This document shows positions 1-14,065 of a DNA stretch of 64,000 nt, piece by piece. The DNA comes from Octopus vulgaris (taxonomy: Eukaryota), in NCBI GenBank assembly GCA_951406725.2, contig OX597821.1:71424001-71488000 (forward strand). Direction: 5' to 3'. The stretch's first letter is position 1, and every line of letters starts with the position of its first letter. The notes under the pieces were generated by a model. It was given only the letters and a program-made list of their open reading frames with translations. It had not been told where the DNA came from and made no database searches. The translations under genes were made by a program, and so were the position numbers.

Positions 1-230
1 ATAATCGACTTAATCCGTTTGTCTTCTCTGTGTTTAGCCCCTTGTGGGTAGTAAAGAAATAGGTATTTCGTCGGTCTTTACGTTCTGAGTTCAAATTCTA
101 CCGAGGTTGAATTTGCCTTTCATCCTACCGGGGTCTACAAATCAAGTACCAGTTAAACACCGAGATCGATATAATCGACTAACCCCTCCCTCAAAATTGC
201 TGGCCTTGTGCCAAAAGTTGATATCAATAT
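1..230 (+). mobile_element. tRNA-derived SINE with Meta/MESC-like central domain, 3' part of a dimeric copy
   Basis: B-box-like GAGTTCAAATTC followed by GAGGTTGAATTTGCCTTTCATCC...AAGTACCAG; colinear with the fuller copy at 15660-16059 (-). Confidence 0.8.
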
Positions 231-504
231 TAATTGTAACTCATTTCTGAAGAAGTTGCAGAATTTAATTCTAAATAACCGTCAATTTTCAACAGGTCCG
301 CTGACATCGCCCTAAGTTTTTCTCATCTTTTAATCTTTAATTCTTAACTGCAAATTCAACGTCAGTGAGATAATATCAAACATGAGCAATGCAGACCGTT
401 TATTTATGTGTCAATTTCCAGTTAGTCTTGTGTTTTACAAACAAATCTTTATCGCTCTTATCTGTTTTGCTCTCATAACAAGTGAAGTGAAACGGCTTCG
501 TTTT

Positions 505-690
505 TATTGTTGTAGTTTAGCTGCTGGTCGACTCTACTCCAACGTAATTTTGACCAAATGCATTCCAGCCGTAAACATTCAGTCTTTCTTTTCAAGCACA
601 GTGTATCTAGAGCTACATTATTTAAGATGTTCTTCCCTTGAAAACTGAGGGATATGTGATCGTGATCGTATGTCCAGCTTATAGCTTAAT
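505..690. repeat. Unclassified dispersed repeat, degenerate; relatives near 12420-12590, 16390-16740, 49430-49600, 54000-54110, 58060-58250
   Basis: Shared words such as CATTCCAGCCGT, GTGTATCTAG, GGGAGATTTGG..CTATTTCTAGCA recur in these copies. Confidence 0.5.
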
Positions 691-857
691 GCTATTGATA
701 AAATATTTATTCTTGAAGACTCAATATATACCTTATACCTTAAAAAAAAAACGTAATTAATTACGACAGAAGCAGTATTAATACCATAATGTAATTTTGA
801 TCTCCAACTTAATGTGGTCGTTGCGAATAGAACATAGAATATTGTGTTATTTGCCTT

Positions 858-1122
858 GAAAGAAACTCTATATACATATACATATATATATGTGTGTGTA
901 TGTATGTATATGCATGTGTGTTTGTGTCCGTATTTCCAGCACCTCCCACAGCTCGACAACCAGAGTTGCGTCTTTTAGCGTCCCTTTAGCATAGCTGTTG
1001 GGCAAAAGAGACCAATAGAATACGTACCAGACTTAATAAATAAATAATCGTATCGATTTGTTTGACTAAACCCTTGAAGGTGGGACCCCAGCATGGCCAT
1101 AATCCAATGACTGAATGAAAAC
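858..1122 (+). mobile_element. SINE family A (CORE-like), 3' half
   Basis: Matches the 3' half of 17828-18255: GACAACC, GGCAAAAGAGACC, CCAGCATGGCC...TGACTGAA. Confidence 0.7.
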
Positions 1123-1937
1123 ATTACGTATCCTAAAATTGAAGGTACATTTTGATGTTCATTCAGAAATTGAATTTATATCTTCGACTTGCGCAGTTCA
1201 CGACCCAAATCTGAATTTCAGATTCTGATTTCTTTTCGATGCTGTTTCCCTTTTAAGGTCATTGACTTTCGAATGAAACTTAGAGGCCAAAATAGTCTCG
1301 TATTTATTTGGTGAAGAGAAATTTGAAGAACCTTATGAATCGCAAATACATGTTGATTGTGGATGTCAAGAGAAGTCAAACTAACTAAATATCACACTGG
1401 TTCTTCATTCTTACTTGAAATGTAGACTAGCCTTCAATTGCATTGTTTGAACAAATACTTTTATTTTGCCTGTCTTGCAAATGACAAAAATACATAAAGA
1501 AACAACCCAGAAATATATTTTCAGATTCTTTAACGAACTCCAAACTAAAAATGGGTTTCTATTAGAAAAAATATTATTTCCCAACATTGAGAAGGTTTTA
1601 CATTTCATGCATAAATACGTTCTCATCCGCAAGATATCGTATCAGAATAATTAAGTTGTAAAACTCGAACAACAATCACCAAAAGGGGAAATTTCTCTTG
1701 TGCTGTAGTTTTAAGTATTCGAGAGATAATTTCTCTTTGGTTTTGGGAACATTTTCAGATTCTCTGCTACATCTATCCCCGTTTATTTGATTAAAGATTC
1801 AGTAATAAATGAATCCCCTCCACCCGCTTTGTACATGGAATGAATGCTAAGTTCATTGGCAACAAACACGAGACCCACATATTTTCTGGATCATTTCTGC
1901 CATTTCCTGCAGAGAAACAACTCGTCTGAGTCGTTTG

Positions 1938-2133
1938 TTAGAATTGGGAATCTTCAAATTTTTCCTGTCCATTGGTCCCATGCTGATGGGTTCGAGTATG
2001 TAAATCCGAATAAGAACGACACAGCCTCGGTGCATGATCATGTAAATGCGAGTGATAATCAAGTGCATTCTGGGAAGCTAAGTATTGTCGGCTGTTTCTG
2101 CTGCCCGAGCAGAACCTTCGTATGATCGCCGAT
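1938..2133 (-). other. Candidate terminal coding exon of an unidentified host gene
   Basis: Unique, GC-richer island; after ATAG| the frame reads xSAIIRRFCSGSRNSRQYLASQNALDYHSHLHDHAPRLCRSYSDLHTRTHQHGTNGQEKFEDSQF*; alternative acceptor at 2179; AATAAA on minus strand near 1785. Confidence 0.3.
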
Positions 2134-2935
2134 CTATGTTATCAAAGACATGGTTCATAATTGGGCGTACCGTGTTATCCTGGATCAATAATGAATGAAG
2201 CAGTGATATACGAGGCTACATGTATAGAGTGTTGACATCTTAAAGAACCAAATAAAATATTTTGCCTACAAATACGATACGTCTGTTGTGGTTTTTGAAC
2301 CTCTTACTTTTACCTTTAAAGACGATTGTCTTTAAAAGAGTAACAGCAGGTGGCAGAAAGAGAGATGGCTTCAGTTATCGCTTGAAAGAGCACTGTGCTC
2401 TCTATCTTTTCAACGGTTATAAAACTGTGACCTTTCTCAGAAAATATATTTTCTTCATTTCAACTCGGCAAAATGCATGGCATTTTTTAAAGGGAGAATT
2501 ACATGGAAAATTAAAATGTTGCTGTCCATTAGCGAGACAAAGGATAAGTATTTGAAAATGTTGTTTTCTGAACCTTTTAAAATTGCTTATCATAAATTTA
2601 ATATTGGCATTCGCTTTCTTGAAAAAAATTATATGAAAACAATACAAAATTCAGAATGGCCACAGCCTTGGGGCTGAAGCATGTAATAGAATAAAAGAAC
2701 AAAACAATATATGCATACATACATAAACAGACACACACACATATATACACATATATACATACATATATTATATATACGTCCATATACACACATGTATGTA
2801 TGTGTATATGCGTGTATATATATGTATGTATATATATGTGTGTGTGTGTGTGTGTCTAAAAGCCAGCAACTTGATGTAAATGTTACTGGTATTCCCCCAT
2901 CCCTATCCGACAAAACGAATTCATGACAGAGAACT

Positions 2936-3087
2936 CTTTCTTCTTCTTCTTCTTCTTCTTCTTCTTCTTCTTCTTCTTCTTCTTCTTCTTCTTCTTCTTC
3001 TTCTTCTTCTTCTTCTTCTTCTTCTTCTTCTTCTTCTTCTTCTTCTTCTTCTTCTTCTTCTTCTTCTTCTTCTTCTTCTTCTTCTTC
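2936..3087. repeat. (CTT)n microsatellite
   Basis: Perfect trinucleotide run. Confidence 0.98.
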
Positions 3088-3336
3088 CCCTCCTTTTCTC
3101 TTGGCCTCCCTTTATCTCTCTCTCTTTCACTTTCTCCTCTCCCCTCATCCTTTCCCATTTCTGATCATGATGATGGTTCTAAACAGCTTCTTTTCTCACC
3201 ATCGCTCATGTTGCCGCTGATATCGGGTTGGACGGTATATCAATGTATAAGCATCGCGTCATCTATGTACACACACACGAAAACACATACGCACGCACGT
3301 ATATATACATACATATATATATATGTTTTATGATTG

Positions 3337-3373
<37 letters not shown>

Positions 3374-3654
3374 CGTGTGTGCGTTTGTTATGATATATAT
3401 ATATAACACAGACACGTTTTCACATACACACACGCATACACACACATTTATATATAATGTTCACACTTGTGTCTCCATCAAATGGCGAGCGTTTTGAGGG
3501 AAGACAAGTGGTAAAAGCATAAAAAAGGGAATATGTAATTCAGTCGGGTTTACATGGCAACACTCTTGATAACTGCTGATACGATCATCCATTATGTAAG
3601 CTTCAGACAAGCGAACAATGGATATTACACACATCGTCTAACTCAAACAGACAT

Positions 3655-3739
<85 letters not shown>

Positions 3740-3995
3740 GCACGCACTCACACACATACATACACACACGCATACACGCACGAACACTTACACCCATTCT
3801 TGCCGTCATATCCCATCTACATACATACATGCATACATACACACATATACATAATACATACATACGCACATACATACATAATACATACATTCATACATGC
3901 ATACATTAATACATACATACATACATACATACATACATACATACATACATACATACATACATACATACATACATACATACATACATACATACACA
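3655..3995. repeat. (CA)n plus (CATA)n compound microsatellite
   Basis: Direct reading. Confidence 0.95.
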
Positions 3996-5389
3996 CAAAT
4001 ATATACACGCACACACGTTTGAATTCACAGTGCTAAGATCTCGAACACCTTGGCATTGAATTCAATTCGACGCTTAAATGATAGTGTCCAACTGACTAAC
4101 ATCTGTGTTACATACAAACGCGCGCGCGTACACACACAGATAGATAGATAGATCAATTGATAGATACTATATATATATAACAAAATCTTTGAATATATGA
4201 TTTAGTAATATACAAATAAATTTATCGTAAAATTGATCGTAATTTTACTTAATTGTTAACCAGTTTAACAAAAGGTAATTAGTTTTTTTTTGTATTAATT
4301 TTAAATCTTACATGAGTATAAATTCTGTGTTTTTTTTTATTTTTATTATTCATACAAGTTTATTTATGGAAACAGATTTGCCACAAGTTTATAACTATTA
4401 AATAACGGGTTTTTCAAAATGTATATAGAAAGTTTTTATTATGGATAATTTGCATTTTACGGTTCTTCTATGTTTTTTCGAACGTATATATACACAGACA
4501 TATATATATATATATATAAGCATATGAATTAACATGAACTTATAGTTTATTTTCTTTTAGATAGAAACAGTAAACATACGTAACTCTTGATTGAATTATC
4601 TTACGTCCACATTAGTATAGATAACAATAAATAATAATTTATAATACTATTTAATGTAGGCGTGTTGAGGATAACACGTGTTGAGGATATTTGTGCAAGA
4701 GAAGTTTTGTTCTTAACCGTATACAAGTGTAAGTAAATACCGTTCCACCATAGATTCATAGCGAATTGTTTCTCTTTTGATACACTAACACGCAGAAACA
4801 TAAATTAATATTCTTAGCCTTGTTTTTTCAGTCGAGGGCTTATATGCCCCGTTATTAGACTATTTTCCTTAGTCATTGCACAATGATTGCAATCAGGATT
4901 TTAAAATACGGCACCATATAACAAAACCATTCGCACCGAAAGCATATGTTTATAACCGTTATATTAGTTTTTATTTATTAATTTCTTTTCAAAGTTATTG
5001 ACGCTCACACTTAAATACAGAAAATACATTGATCAATTCTGTCTTGTAAGGATCTCAAACTTCTAGTATGTAATTTTTTGCCCTAATTTACTCTGATGAA
5101 ATGTTTACTCAAAATGTTTCCATAATATGACTTTTTATAAATTTCTTATTAGTTTTGAGTTTGAATCGAAACAATTGTAGGGATTATTAATATTACGTTA
5201 ATAAATTAACATATGTGAGTTTGAACTTTCTGTTTTCCTTTTAATATTTTGTATATTGTATATATACCCATTTGTATTCTAGAAATTGTTTTCTACTATA
5301 TAGAGTATTAAACCAGTTAAACCAGTGAAACTTGGACGATGTTTCCATCTCTATAAGAGCAGCTTGTTTCCTTCTATCGGATTATATAT

Positions 5390-5457
<68 letters not shown>

Positions 5458-5460
<3 letters not shown>

Positions 5461-5626
5461 GGTGGTGCATCCGGAATTTGCCTCTCTGAGCAGCTGCACA
5501 TATTGCGCTTCGATTCCCTGCCTCTGCAGCGAGTTCAGCACTGCGTTGGTTTCGACGCTATCGAAGGCCTTCTCATAATCTATAAATGCAGCTTGTACTC
5601 ATTTGCTCGCTCAAGCAGTTGGGAAC
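5458..5626 (-). mobile_element. RTE-clade LINE reverse transcriptase fragment
   Basis: Minus strand reads SQLLERANEYKL/AFIDYEKAFDSVETNAVLNSLQRQGIEAQYVQLLREANSGCTTD; FxDYEKAFD is an RT motif typical of RTE; not in the ORF track. Confidence 0.85.
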
Positions 5627-5639
5627 GTTTACGAAAATA

Positions 5640-5760
5640 AATTACTGTGTCTGGGGAGAGTCATTCTTTTAGTGCCTTATTATTTAACACACTCACCGGT
5701 TCGATTTATTTTTTCAAAAATTTTCGTTGCGTCTCGTAACCTTTTCAATAATCGTCGACT
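5640..5760 (-). repeat. PLE-related short repeat family P1, with hammerhead-like motif at 5715-5751
   Basis: Same sequence family as 28400-28620 and 59450-59660 (TGTCTGGGGAGAGTCATT...CACTCACCGG...TTTTCGTTGCGTC). Confidence 0.7.
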
Positions 5761-5892
5761 CTGTCCGTTATCAGAGCTGCATCATTTTTGTTTGTTTAGT
5801 TGTTTGTTTGTTTGTTTGTGCGTATGTGTGTGCGTCAGTTTTTATATATAAACATACGTACATACACATACATACACAAATATATACACATG

Positions 5893-5944
<52 letters not shown>

Positions 5945-5959
5945 TACACAGATATATGT

Positions 5960-6002
<43 letters not shown>

Positions 6003-6070
6003 TATAATATATACATACACGCACGCACATACATATATATATATATATACATATATACACAGATATATGT

Positions 6071-6124
<54 letters not shown>

Positions 6125-6133
6125 GCACGCACA

Positions 6134-6177
<44 letters not shown>

Positions 6178-7323
6178 TGTATGTATGTATGTATATAGGC
6201 TAAAAGACGAATAAGTGAACACCCTATTCATACAGTCGCCATTTTATTTGTTATTGTTATTTTTTTCAGTTTGCAGCCTGTTTGTTTATTATTGTATGTG
6301 TGAAGCACGCCCACCAACACTCACTCTCTCCTTCCCACTCTCTCCCTCCGCCTCTTAGTCTCTCTTCCTTTTTTCTCTGTTTCACTCTTTTTATCCTCCT
6401 TTTTCGCTTTTCTAATTCTTTCTGTCTCCCTCATTCCCGCTCCCTGTATCTTTGTCTCTGTATTTATATTGGAGAGGATCAAAGTAAATATGGACAATCA
6501 GAATTAAACAGCGATAGGTGGAGGGGGAGAGACGGGAGGCAGAAGAAACATCATGCTCGGTCTGTTTTATATCACTGTCTGTCTCTGCATGTCTGCTTCT
6601 CTCTCTCTCCTGTCCTTCTTTCTTGGTGTGTTTCCATTCAATTCTTTAAAATATTTACTATTACTACTCTAGGAGATATCAAAATTTAGAGAATCAAAGA
6701 GTAAGTGAGAGAGAGAGAGGGGGGAGTCAGGAAGGGAGAGAGAGCATAAGACAACATAGAGGGAAAGAAAGAGTAACAGATAGTGAAGAAGGAAACAGAT
6801 ATATATATATATATATATAAATTTAAAATGAAGGTGAGAAATTAGATATTAATTTAATTAACATCAATTTCACACCAGTGGTCTAGCATATAAGAAAAAC
6901 CTGAAGGTTCAGTAAAATTGTATTATATACATATTAGAGGGAAACCACTATGTGGACACCCTTATGCTAGAAATAGATCCGCTATGGTCTTACCATTAAG
7001 AAATGTTCTCAAGAAAAATTTAGCAAAATATATATATATACATGTATATAATAATAATTATTTGAGGGAATATTAAGAACAATGTATATATATATATACA
7101 CGTTGTTCTTCATCGGTCTATCCTTTTTCTTTTCTCTCTCTCTCGCTTTCTGTTGTTCTTCATCGGCCTCTTTTTCCTTCTTCTCTCCCTCTGTCTCTTA
7201 TTCCATCAAAATAGTGACATGCTCAGAGAAAGAGAACAAGAGACACTGACAGAGAGGTTAAGCAGAGAGATAGGGAGAGCAAGAGAGAAAGGTGGCAAAA
7301 AAAAGTAAATGAACACGTTTTGA

Positions 7324-7410
7324 TGGTGGTGGTGGTGGTGGTGGTGGTGGTGGTGGTGGTGGTGGTGGTGGTGGTGGTGGTGGTGGCTGTGGTGGTAGTG
7401 GCTGTGGTGG
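7324..7410. repeat. (GGT)n microsatellite
   Basis: Direct reading. Confidence 0.95.
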
Positions 7411-7653
7411 TAGAAGCGGAGGCAGACAGATGCTTACATTTTTAATGGCATAAAGAAGCCAGCAGAAGAAAGTGCGTAAAATGTCTAACAATATATAGGC
7501 CAATGGAATTTGTTACGCTCGGCCAAGTTTCATTCTAAAATCTACAAGGAAAATACTCTTATCTACTTTGAGATCGTTCTGAAATAAAAAAAATAATAAT
7601 AAATTAAATGAAAGGAGATTCAGCCCAAATTTCTCACTCTATCTGTGTGTCTA

Positions 7654-7739
<86 letters not shown>

Positions 7740-7876
7740 TATACATGCAGTAGCGTGATTAGCTTTCATAGGGAATCTAATTCTGGTTCGGATAATACTT
7801 CTTTAAAGTGTGTCTGGTCTATAAAGGTTTTCTTCCTTAGAAACGAGAGTTTATGTCTCTATATACTTTACGCACG

Positions 7877-7920
<44 letters not shown>

Positions 7921-9053
7921 TATATAGAGGTGCCTTAGGTGCAGACATGGTTGTGTGTTCAAAAAGTCTGTTAGGTCCCGGTTTGAAGTTTAATTTGCGT
8001 CGTGTTACGCAAGTCTCCACCATAATTTCGTATTGATCAATACTTTGTGAAAGGCATTTTCTAAAGGGAAACCGTGCAAAAACCAATTGCACACGCATAC
8101 AGATACACACACATACACATAATATACACATACACACACATACATACATAATATACACACAAACGCACACACACACACGCATATTTATACAAGTATTTTT
8201 ATTTCTTTACCAAGTCATCTTCTTAGCAGTACGCAATGAAAGTTGAAAAGATGAGGTTGTTTTAAAGTGCTTGACATATCTTGTGAAGTTGAGCTAGTGT
8301 AACTAAAATATTGTTTGAGAGCATAATGTCGCCTCCAACCAATAAACGGGGTATTATACTATAGAACATGAATATTGTTTGCATATACATTCATACATAC
8401 ATTGACATAGAGTCGCATATAAAAACACCCATACCGTCACACAAACGCATACACACACATACACATATATATATCACTGCATATAGCTACGCATTCAAAC
8501 ATACACACACGTATTCCTTGACCAACATAAAACACACATTAAAATGTCTCATCTGATTTTAAGACGAGCAGACAAGTTGATGCGTATTTCTCTGTTTCAA
8601 GTTTCCTAGTCTGTCACTCTCCAACCCATTTATGCATCCACCTAATACAACACTCCTTATAATATTCTCTTTGCCTTTCCTTTATCTCTATGACTATGTC
8701 GCTACTTTCTCCTTCCATATTAGTTATCTTATCGCGATACCTCTCTAATTATCCCTATTTATTAGAGTTCTAAATTCCTTGTTTCCACCTCTCTTATTTA
8801 TACCATCGCTTTCCCTCCCACAATTTATTCCATCTTTTACTTTATCCTACTCTCTGATCGTATGTCTGTTTCCTTTACTGGGTGATTTCTCTCCTTCTGT
8901 CTATCCATCTCTACTTCTCACTCTCTCCTGGGCCCCTTTCTCTTAACCACCATACCGCAAAAAAAAAACGGCAAAAATAAAAAAAGAACTGGGGCTTTTT
9001 ACCTTTTACACATGAATACTTGTGTATGTAAACGCATATGTATGCTTGTAATA

Positions 9054-9346
9054 CAGTGCTTTTCGACCATTCTTTTCTATCTATGGATCCCTCTGATTAC
9101 TATTTTATTCTGGTGGACCTCCATAGCCATTTGATGATTAAAACCTAGATATATAGATGCTTCATTCAAAATTAACATTCACCAGCATATATTGAAATAC
9201 GTAAAACGTTAGAAAAAGAAACCTAGCTGTTACTTGGAATAAATACATTCACAGCAAAATGTTTCCATTGAAACTCAAAATAAAATAATTCCAAAAGTAA
9301 TTTATGGACCCCCAGAGGTCATATGGATTCCGGTTGAGAACCACTG
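9054..9346. mobile_element. hAT (Charlie-like) MITE, 293 bp
   Basis: TIRs CAGTGCTTTTCGACC / GGTTGAGAACCACTG; flanking 8-mers TTGTAATA and ATGTAGTG match 5/8 as a decayed TSD; internal TATGGAYCCC subrepeats. Confidence 0.75.
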
Positions 9347-9522
9347 ATGTAGTGTATGTATGTATGTAGGAATGTGTGTATGGTGTGGAAGCACCATACA
9401 TGTGCTTATGAAGTTGCTCTGCATTTCAGCGGTTCTGGGTTCGATGCCACTCAGTGTTATCATGCGCTAGAGTCTTTTGTCATAGCTCCAAGTCGACACA
9501 ACGACCGTAAGAAGAACTTTCC

Positions 9523-9587
<65 letters not shown>

Positions 9588-9660
9588 TTAGTTAGTTGGT
9601 TAGTTAGTCAGTCAGTCGGTCGGTCAGTTAGTTAGCCAGCTAGCTAGTTAACTAGTTCGT

Positions 9661-9671
9661 TAGATAGATAA

Positions 9672-9766
<95 letters not shown>
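9661..9766. repeat. (TAGA)n microsatellite
   Basis: Direct reading. Confidence 0.97.
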
Positions 9767-9767
<1 letters not shown>

Positions 9768-10830
9768 GGAATACTTCATATCTGCTGTACAACAGCATAG
9801 AATTCCTAATAAAATATAACTATTGATATTATTAATAAAAATAGCATTGAACAATAGAAAATTAATTTAAAGAGGCCTCAATACATTATAGAGTTCAAAG
9901 AAAGACAATGACAGCTAACGAAGACATTAATGAGAGAATGAAAAACACACTTAAGATATTTCGCTAATTCAGGAATTACCTTCATCAGCAGCCAATCCAA
10001 TATTCTCATGATTTCAAACCTTATCACTACTTATCGGACAGTATAAGTATTTTTTTCTCTCATACGCACACAAATAATACCCCCCCACACACACACACAC
10101 ATGTATGTACCGTATTTCTTTTCGTCATACCTCCACTGTATTCTGTAATCTCTCTTCCCTGGAGAGAGTAGTCGAAGAAAGAGAAAATGAGAAAAACAGA
10201 AACACAAAAATCAAGAGAAAGAGAGACAAACTGACAAATACCCAAGGTTTGTGTGTGTTTGTATGTTTGTGTGTGTGTGAGAGAGAGAGATTGTGTGTAT
10301 TTGTGTATGTGTGTGAGAGAGAGAGAGAGCGGGTGAAAGAGGGAGAGAGACATATTCTGTGTGTGCGCGCGCTACTAAATAACTCCCAATCGTAATGTTT
10401 TCTTTTCGTATATGTTTAACATGTCACCCTATATTATGCTTTCTTTGTTTTCAATAGAAAATTACCATCGAATAATCACAGTAAAAGTAATCTTTGTTGA
10501 TTACACATGTCATCACTTTTTTCTCTCCCTTACATGATTTGTTTGATTCTGTGTTTGTGTTTGGGAAGTTCGGGTTTTACATGCATCAGTTCAGATAATT
10601 GGGGTTCTTGATCTTTCCATGTCTAAGTATGGCGTTGGTAGAGATATTGAAACATATCAGCTCAAGTGTCACAGACTTTATCTGCCAAACAACACAATGT
10701 GTGACAACAGTTCATGTGTGTGCGTGTCTGTGTGTGTGTGTGTACTTATGGAGAAAGAGAGAGAGAGAGTGAGAGAGAAAGGGAGAGAGAGAGAGAGAGT
10801 TATATGAACATATATACATGAACGCTAGTA

Positions 10831-11216
10831 TTCTTTTATTTGTTTCAGTCAGTTGACTGCGGCCATGCTGGAACAAATCGTCCCCAGGACTTATTCTTTG
10901 TAAGCATAGTACTTATTCTACCGGTCTCTTGTGCCGAACCACTAAGTTACGGGGAAGTAAACACACCAGTATCGGTTGTCAAGCGATGGTGAAGGGACAC
11001 ACACACACACACACACACAAACAGACAGACAGACAGACACGCACACACATGAACTGTTGTCACACATATATATATATATATACGACAGGTTTTTTTCAGT
11101 TTACGTTTACCAAATTGATAGTAGAAGTCTCTTACTCAAGTTTCCATGCAGTAGGACTGAACCCGGAACCATGTCGTTGGGAAGCAAGCTTCTACCACAC
11201 ACTCACACCAGCGCCT
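10831..11216 (-). mobile_element. SINE family A (CORE-like)
   Basis: Reverse complement of the 17828 family: GAAGCTTGCTTCCCAAC..GGTTCCGGGTTCAGTCC, internal (TG)n, CCAGCATGGCCGCAGTC. Confidence 0.85.
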
Positions 11217-11587
11217 ATATTGCTTTTTTGTATAAGGAGAATATTTGGTACATACTTTTGCTTGTCAATAAGCGGGTTGATGGGGCCGTTTCTCCAGTTG
11301 CATTAATTCAATGTTTTCTCTGACACTGTTTAATATTAAACATTACAATTTATAGAAGAAAAATTATATTTCATTCTTAGTTTTCATACGTCCTTCGGAA
11401 CAAAAGCGTTCTAATTCCATTGAGATGGTAGTAGCGGATTGTAGCAGAATCTTTAGAATGATTTTCTGAGGTACATACTGCGATTCTGGCTGCTTTACTG
11501 ATTTACATCCGAGCAACTTGGGTTGAGTTCATTCTGTCAGGTATAAATACATTTGTGTTAAATAGTTTTATATATAATTGTGTTAAA

Positions 11588-11895
11588 ACCATCTTCTTGG
11601 TTGGGAAAGGTTGTGAACGAAAACATCATGTTTTGTTCATCATCATTAAAATCTTATGATGGTCTTCCAGGCCTTTATAGACCCAGATATTGTGATCATT
11701 AGTAACGTATGAATTAAGGATTTGCATTTTCTCACCGACATCACAAGTTCGGCCATAATTTGCTCCAGACGGGGCGGTATGTATCCTGTTTCTCCAACAA
11801 TGATAGGTAGAAGCTCAAAGTTTCACTTGGATACTAATTCGCAAATTTCTTATCAATGGTCCATAAATGTCTTCTGTCTTTTTGGCCACATTGAT
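11588..11895 (-). mobile_element. RLE-type (R4/Dong-like) non-LTR retrotransposon 3' end, copy 1
   Basis: Minus strand reads INVAKKTEDIYGPLIRNLRI/FELLPIIVGETGYIPPRLEQ...ISGSIKAWKTIIRF*, the C-terminus of an RLE domain; near-identical to 13137-13444. Confidence 0.65.
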
Positions 11896-13136
11896 TTAAA
11901 TCTAGCATCCTAGAGCAACAACAGTCCCACCACCAACTGGCTGGCCTTCAGACACTTTCTGTTGACCCGAAGCTATGGTAGAAGATATCTTCCGAAGAGG
12001 ATTCACCAGAGGATTGAACTCGAAAGCACGTAGTTGCGAAACAAACCTCTTAACCACACAGCCATGCCTTCGCCCAGAAAGGGAAAACTGCTCAACATCG
12101 TGGAGTGGACAGCCGTTGTACTGTGTTTGTGAGTGAGTCTTTACAAATCACTAAAAGGATTATTTCAAGGTGATCACTGGCGACTCCATATGTGCCAGAA
12201 ACACCTCAGTTGTGAAAACAATATTCCGTTGTTGGTTTTAAATGAACCTTGGATATTCTTAGCAGCTGGCGAGAGTCTCCTGTGAGAACTGTTATAATAC
12301 TTTACAGCCGCATACTGAGGTCTTAGAAATATACTCTTGTTGCATGTATGCCTGAAATACCCAGCGTTTCAAGAGAAAGAAGCAACCATTTGGCAGCCCT
12401 TAAAGATAAACTCAATTGCTCTGGTTGTTTAACCCTAAGTCAGCCCTAACTGCGCAGATCTGTGATCAAAGGCAGTCTAGCTTTGACAGCACGTCATTTT
12501 TTTTATCAGGCATAGTGTGTCTAGAAGAACATTATCTAACATGTAGTCCTTTAAAAAACAACGATAGAGTATAATTTGAGAATCCAGGGAAAGTTTAAGC
12601 TACAGTCACAAATGTCACCCTAAACTCGAGTGAAAGCAACAGTTGGTTCTGGAGCAACTGTTCATCATTTATCACACATTTTCCCGCCTCAACATCTGTT
12701 TCGCAGCTTATTTACATAAACGCTACAGGCCGTTCTTTTTACCCTTTAATTCCAGATGGCTCTGTCGGTTTCGGCGTAGATATGAATATATGTCTGTATG
12801 CAAGTATGACTGCATACATATATCCATGTATGCAGTCATGTATGGTTTCATTTCTAAACAATTCTCATTGATAGAGAAAGAGCTGGTTTTTAACCCAGAA
12901 ACTAAAATTTCATAGGAATTTAGATGAAAGTTAGATGAAGTATATATGTATGTTTTTATAGAAATATATGCGTATGTATACATGCATATTTGTATGCATG
13001 TATGTATATGTGTGTACCTATGCATGTATGCATGCGTGAATGTATGTATGCATGAATGTATGTATGCATGGATGTATGTATGCATGTTTGTATGTATGTT
13101 GTTTTTCTCTTTTTAATTTAGAGTCAATCTTGACCG

Positions 13137-13465
13137 ACCATCTTCTTGGTTGGGAAAGGTTGTGAACGAAAACATCATGTTTTGTTCATCATCATTAAAA
13201 TCTTATGATGGTCTTCCAGGCCTTTATAGACCCAGATATTGTGATCATTAGTAACGTATGAATTAAGGATTTGCATTTTCTCACCGACATCACAAGTTCG
13301 GCCATAATTTGCTCCAGACGGGGCGGTATGTATCCTGTTGCTCCAACAATGATAGGTAGAAGCTCAAAGTTTCACTTGGATACTAATTCGCAAATTCCTT
13401 ATCAATGGTCCATAAATGTCTTCTGTCTTTTTGGCCACATTGATGTTCAGGGGGAGGATGATTGC
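13137..13465 (-). mobile_element. RLE-type non-LTR retrotransposon 3' end, copy 2
   Basis: ILPLNINVAKKTEDIYGPLIRNLRI/FELLPIIVGATGYIP; 308 bp shared with copy 1. Confidence 0.65.
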
Positions 13466-13929
13466 CACAAAAGATCATTCTAGATTTCTCGAAGAAAGCG
13501 CAAAAACTGGACACAGATTCTCCAAATACAATGTATAAGTGGCACAGTGAAGATTTGTAAGACATTTCAAAGATTTTCCATCTGAGATTCTTTAGGGTAA
13601 ATAGATGCACATACTTGGGTGAGTGCATCGACAGTTCAAGCAGCACACCGACTCAACCTCATATTTACAAACACCGGGAACTCTCTTAATTCCAAAAATC
13701 TTGTCGTTTTGTTAGTGACCGACTTGAATTCTCGTTAAGAAGAACGTAAATAAAACTCAATGAGAAACCCACGGACATATACGTATGCATATATTGGTAG
13801 GAAGCTCCTGTTAAAGGCTCAGTGACACAAAACAGGTCAGACATAAATGATGTGCGACAGAGAAAAGAAGCAGCAGTTGAAATGAGGTGTTCAATAGAGT
13901 TACTGTAATGAGAAACCTTCAGGCACTCC

Positions 13930-14065
13930 ATTCAGAATAAAACTTTAGATTTACATCTGAAATTATTAGGGAACTCGGATATGGGACGAATTATCTTGGC
14001 ACCAATCTTGAGAAGCTGGGCTTCACAAAGCCTGGAAGAATGTAGCCAAATAGGAAATTAAAGTT
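13930..14065 (+). mobile_element. Second RLE-type LINE C-terminal remnant
   Basis: FTSEIIRELGYGTNYLGTNLEKLGFTKPG resembles the PIIIGALG...LEKLG segment of RLE domains. Confidence 0.4.
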
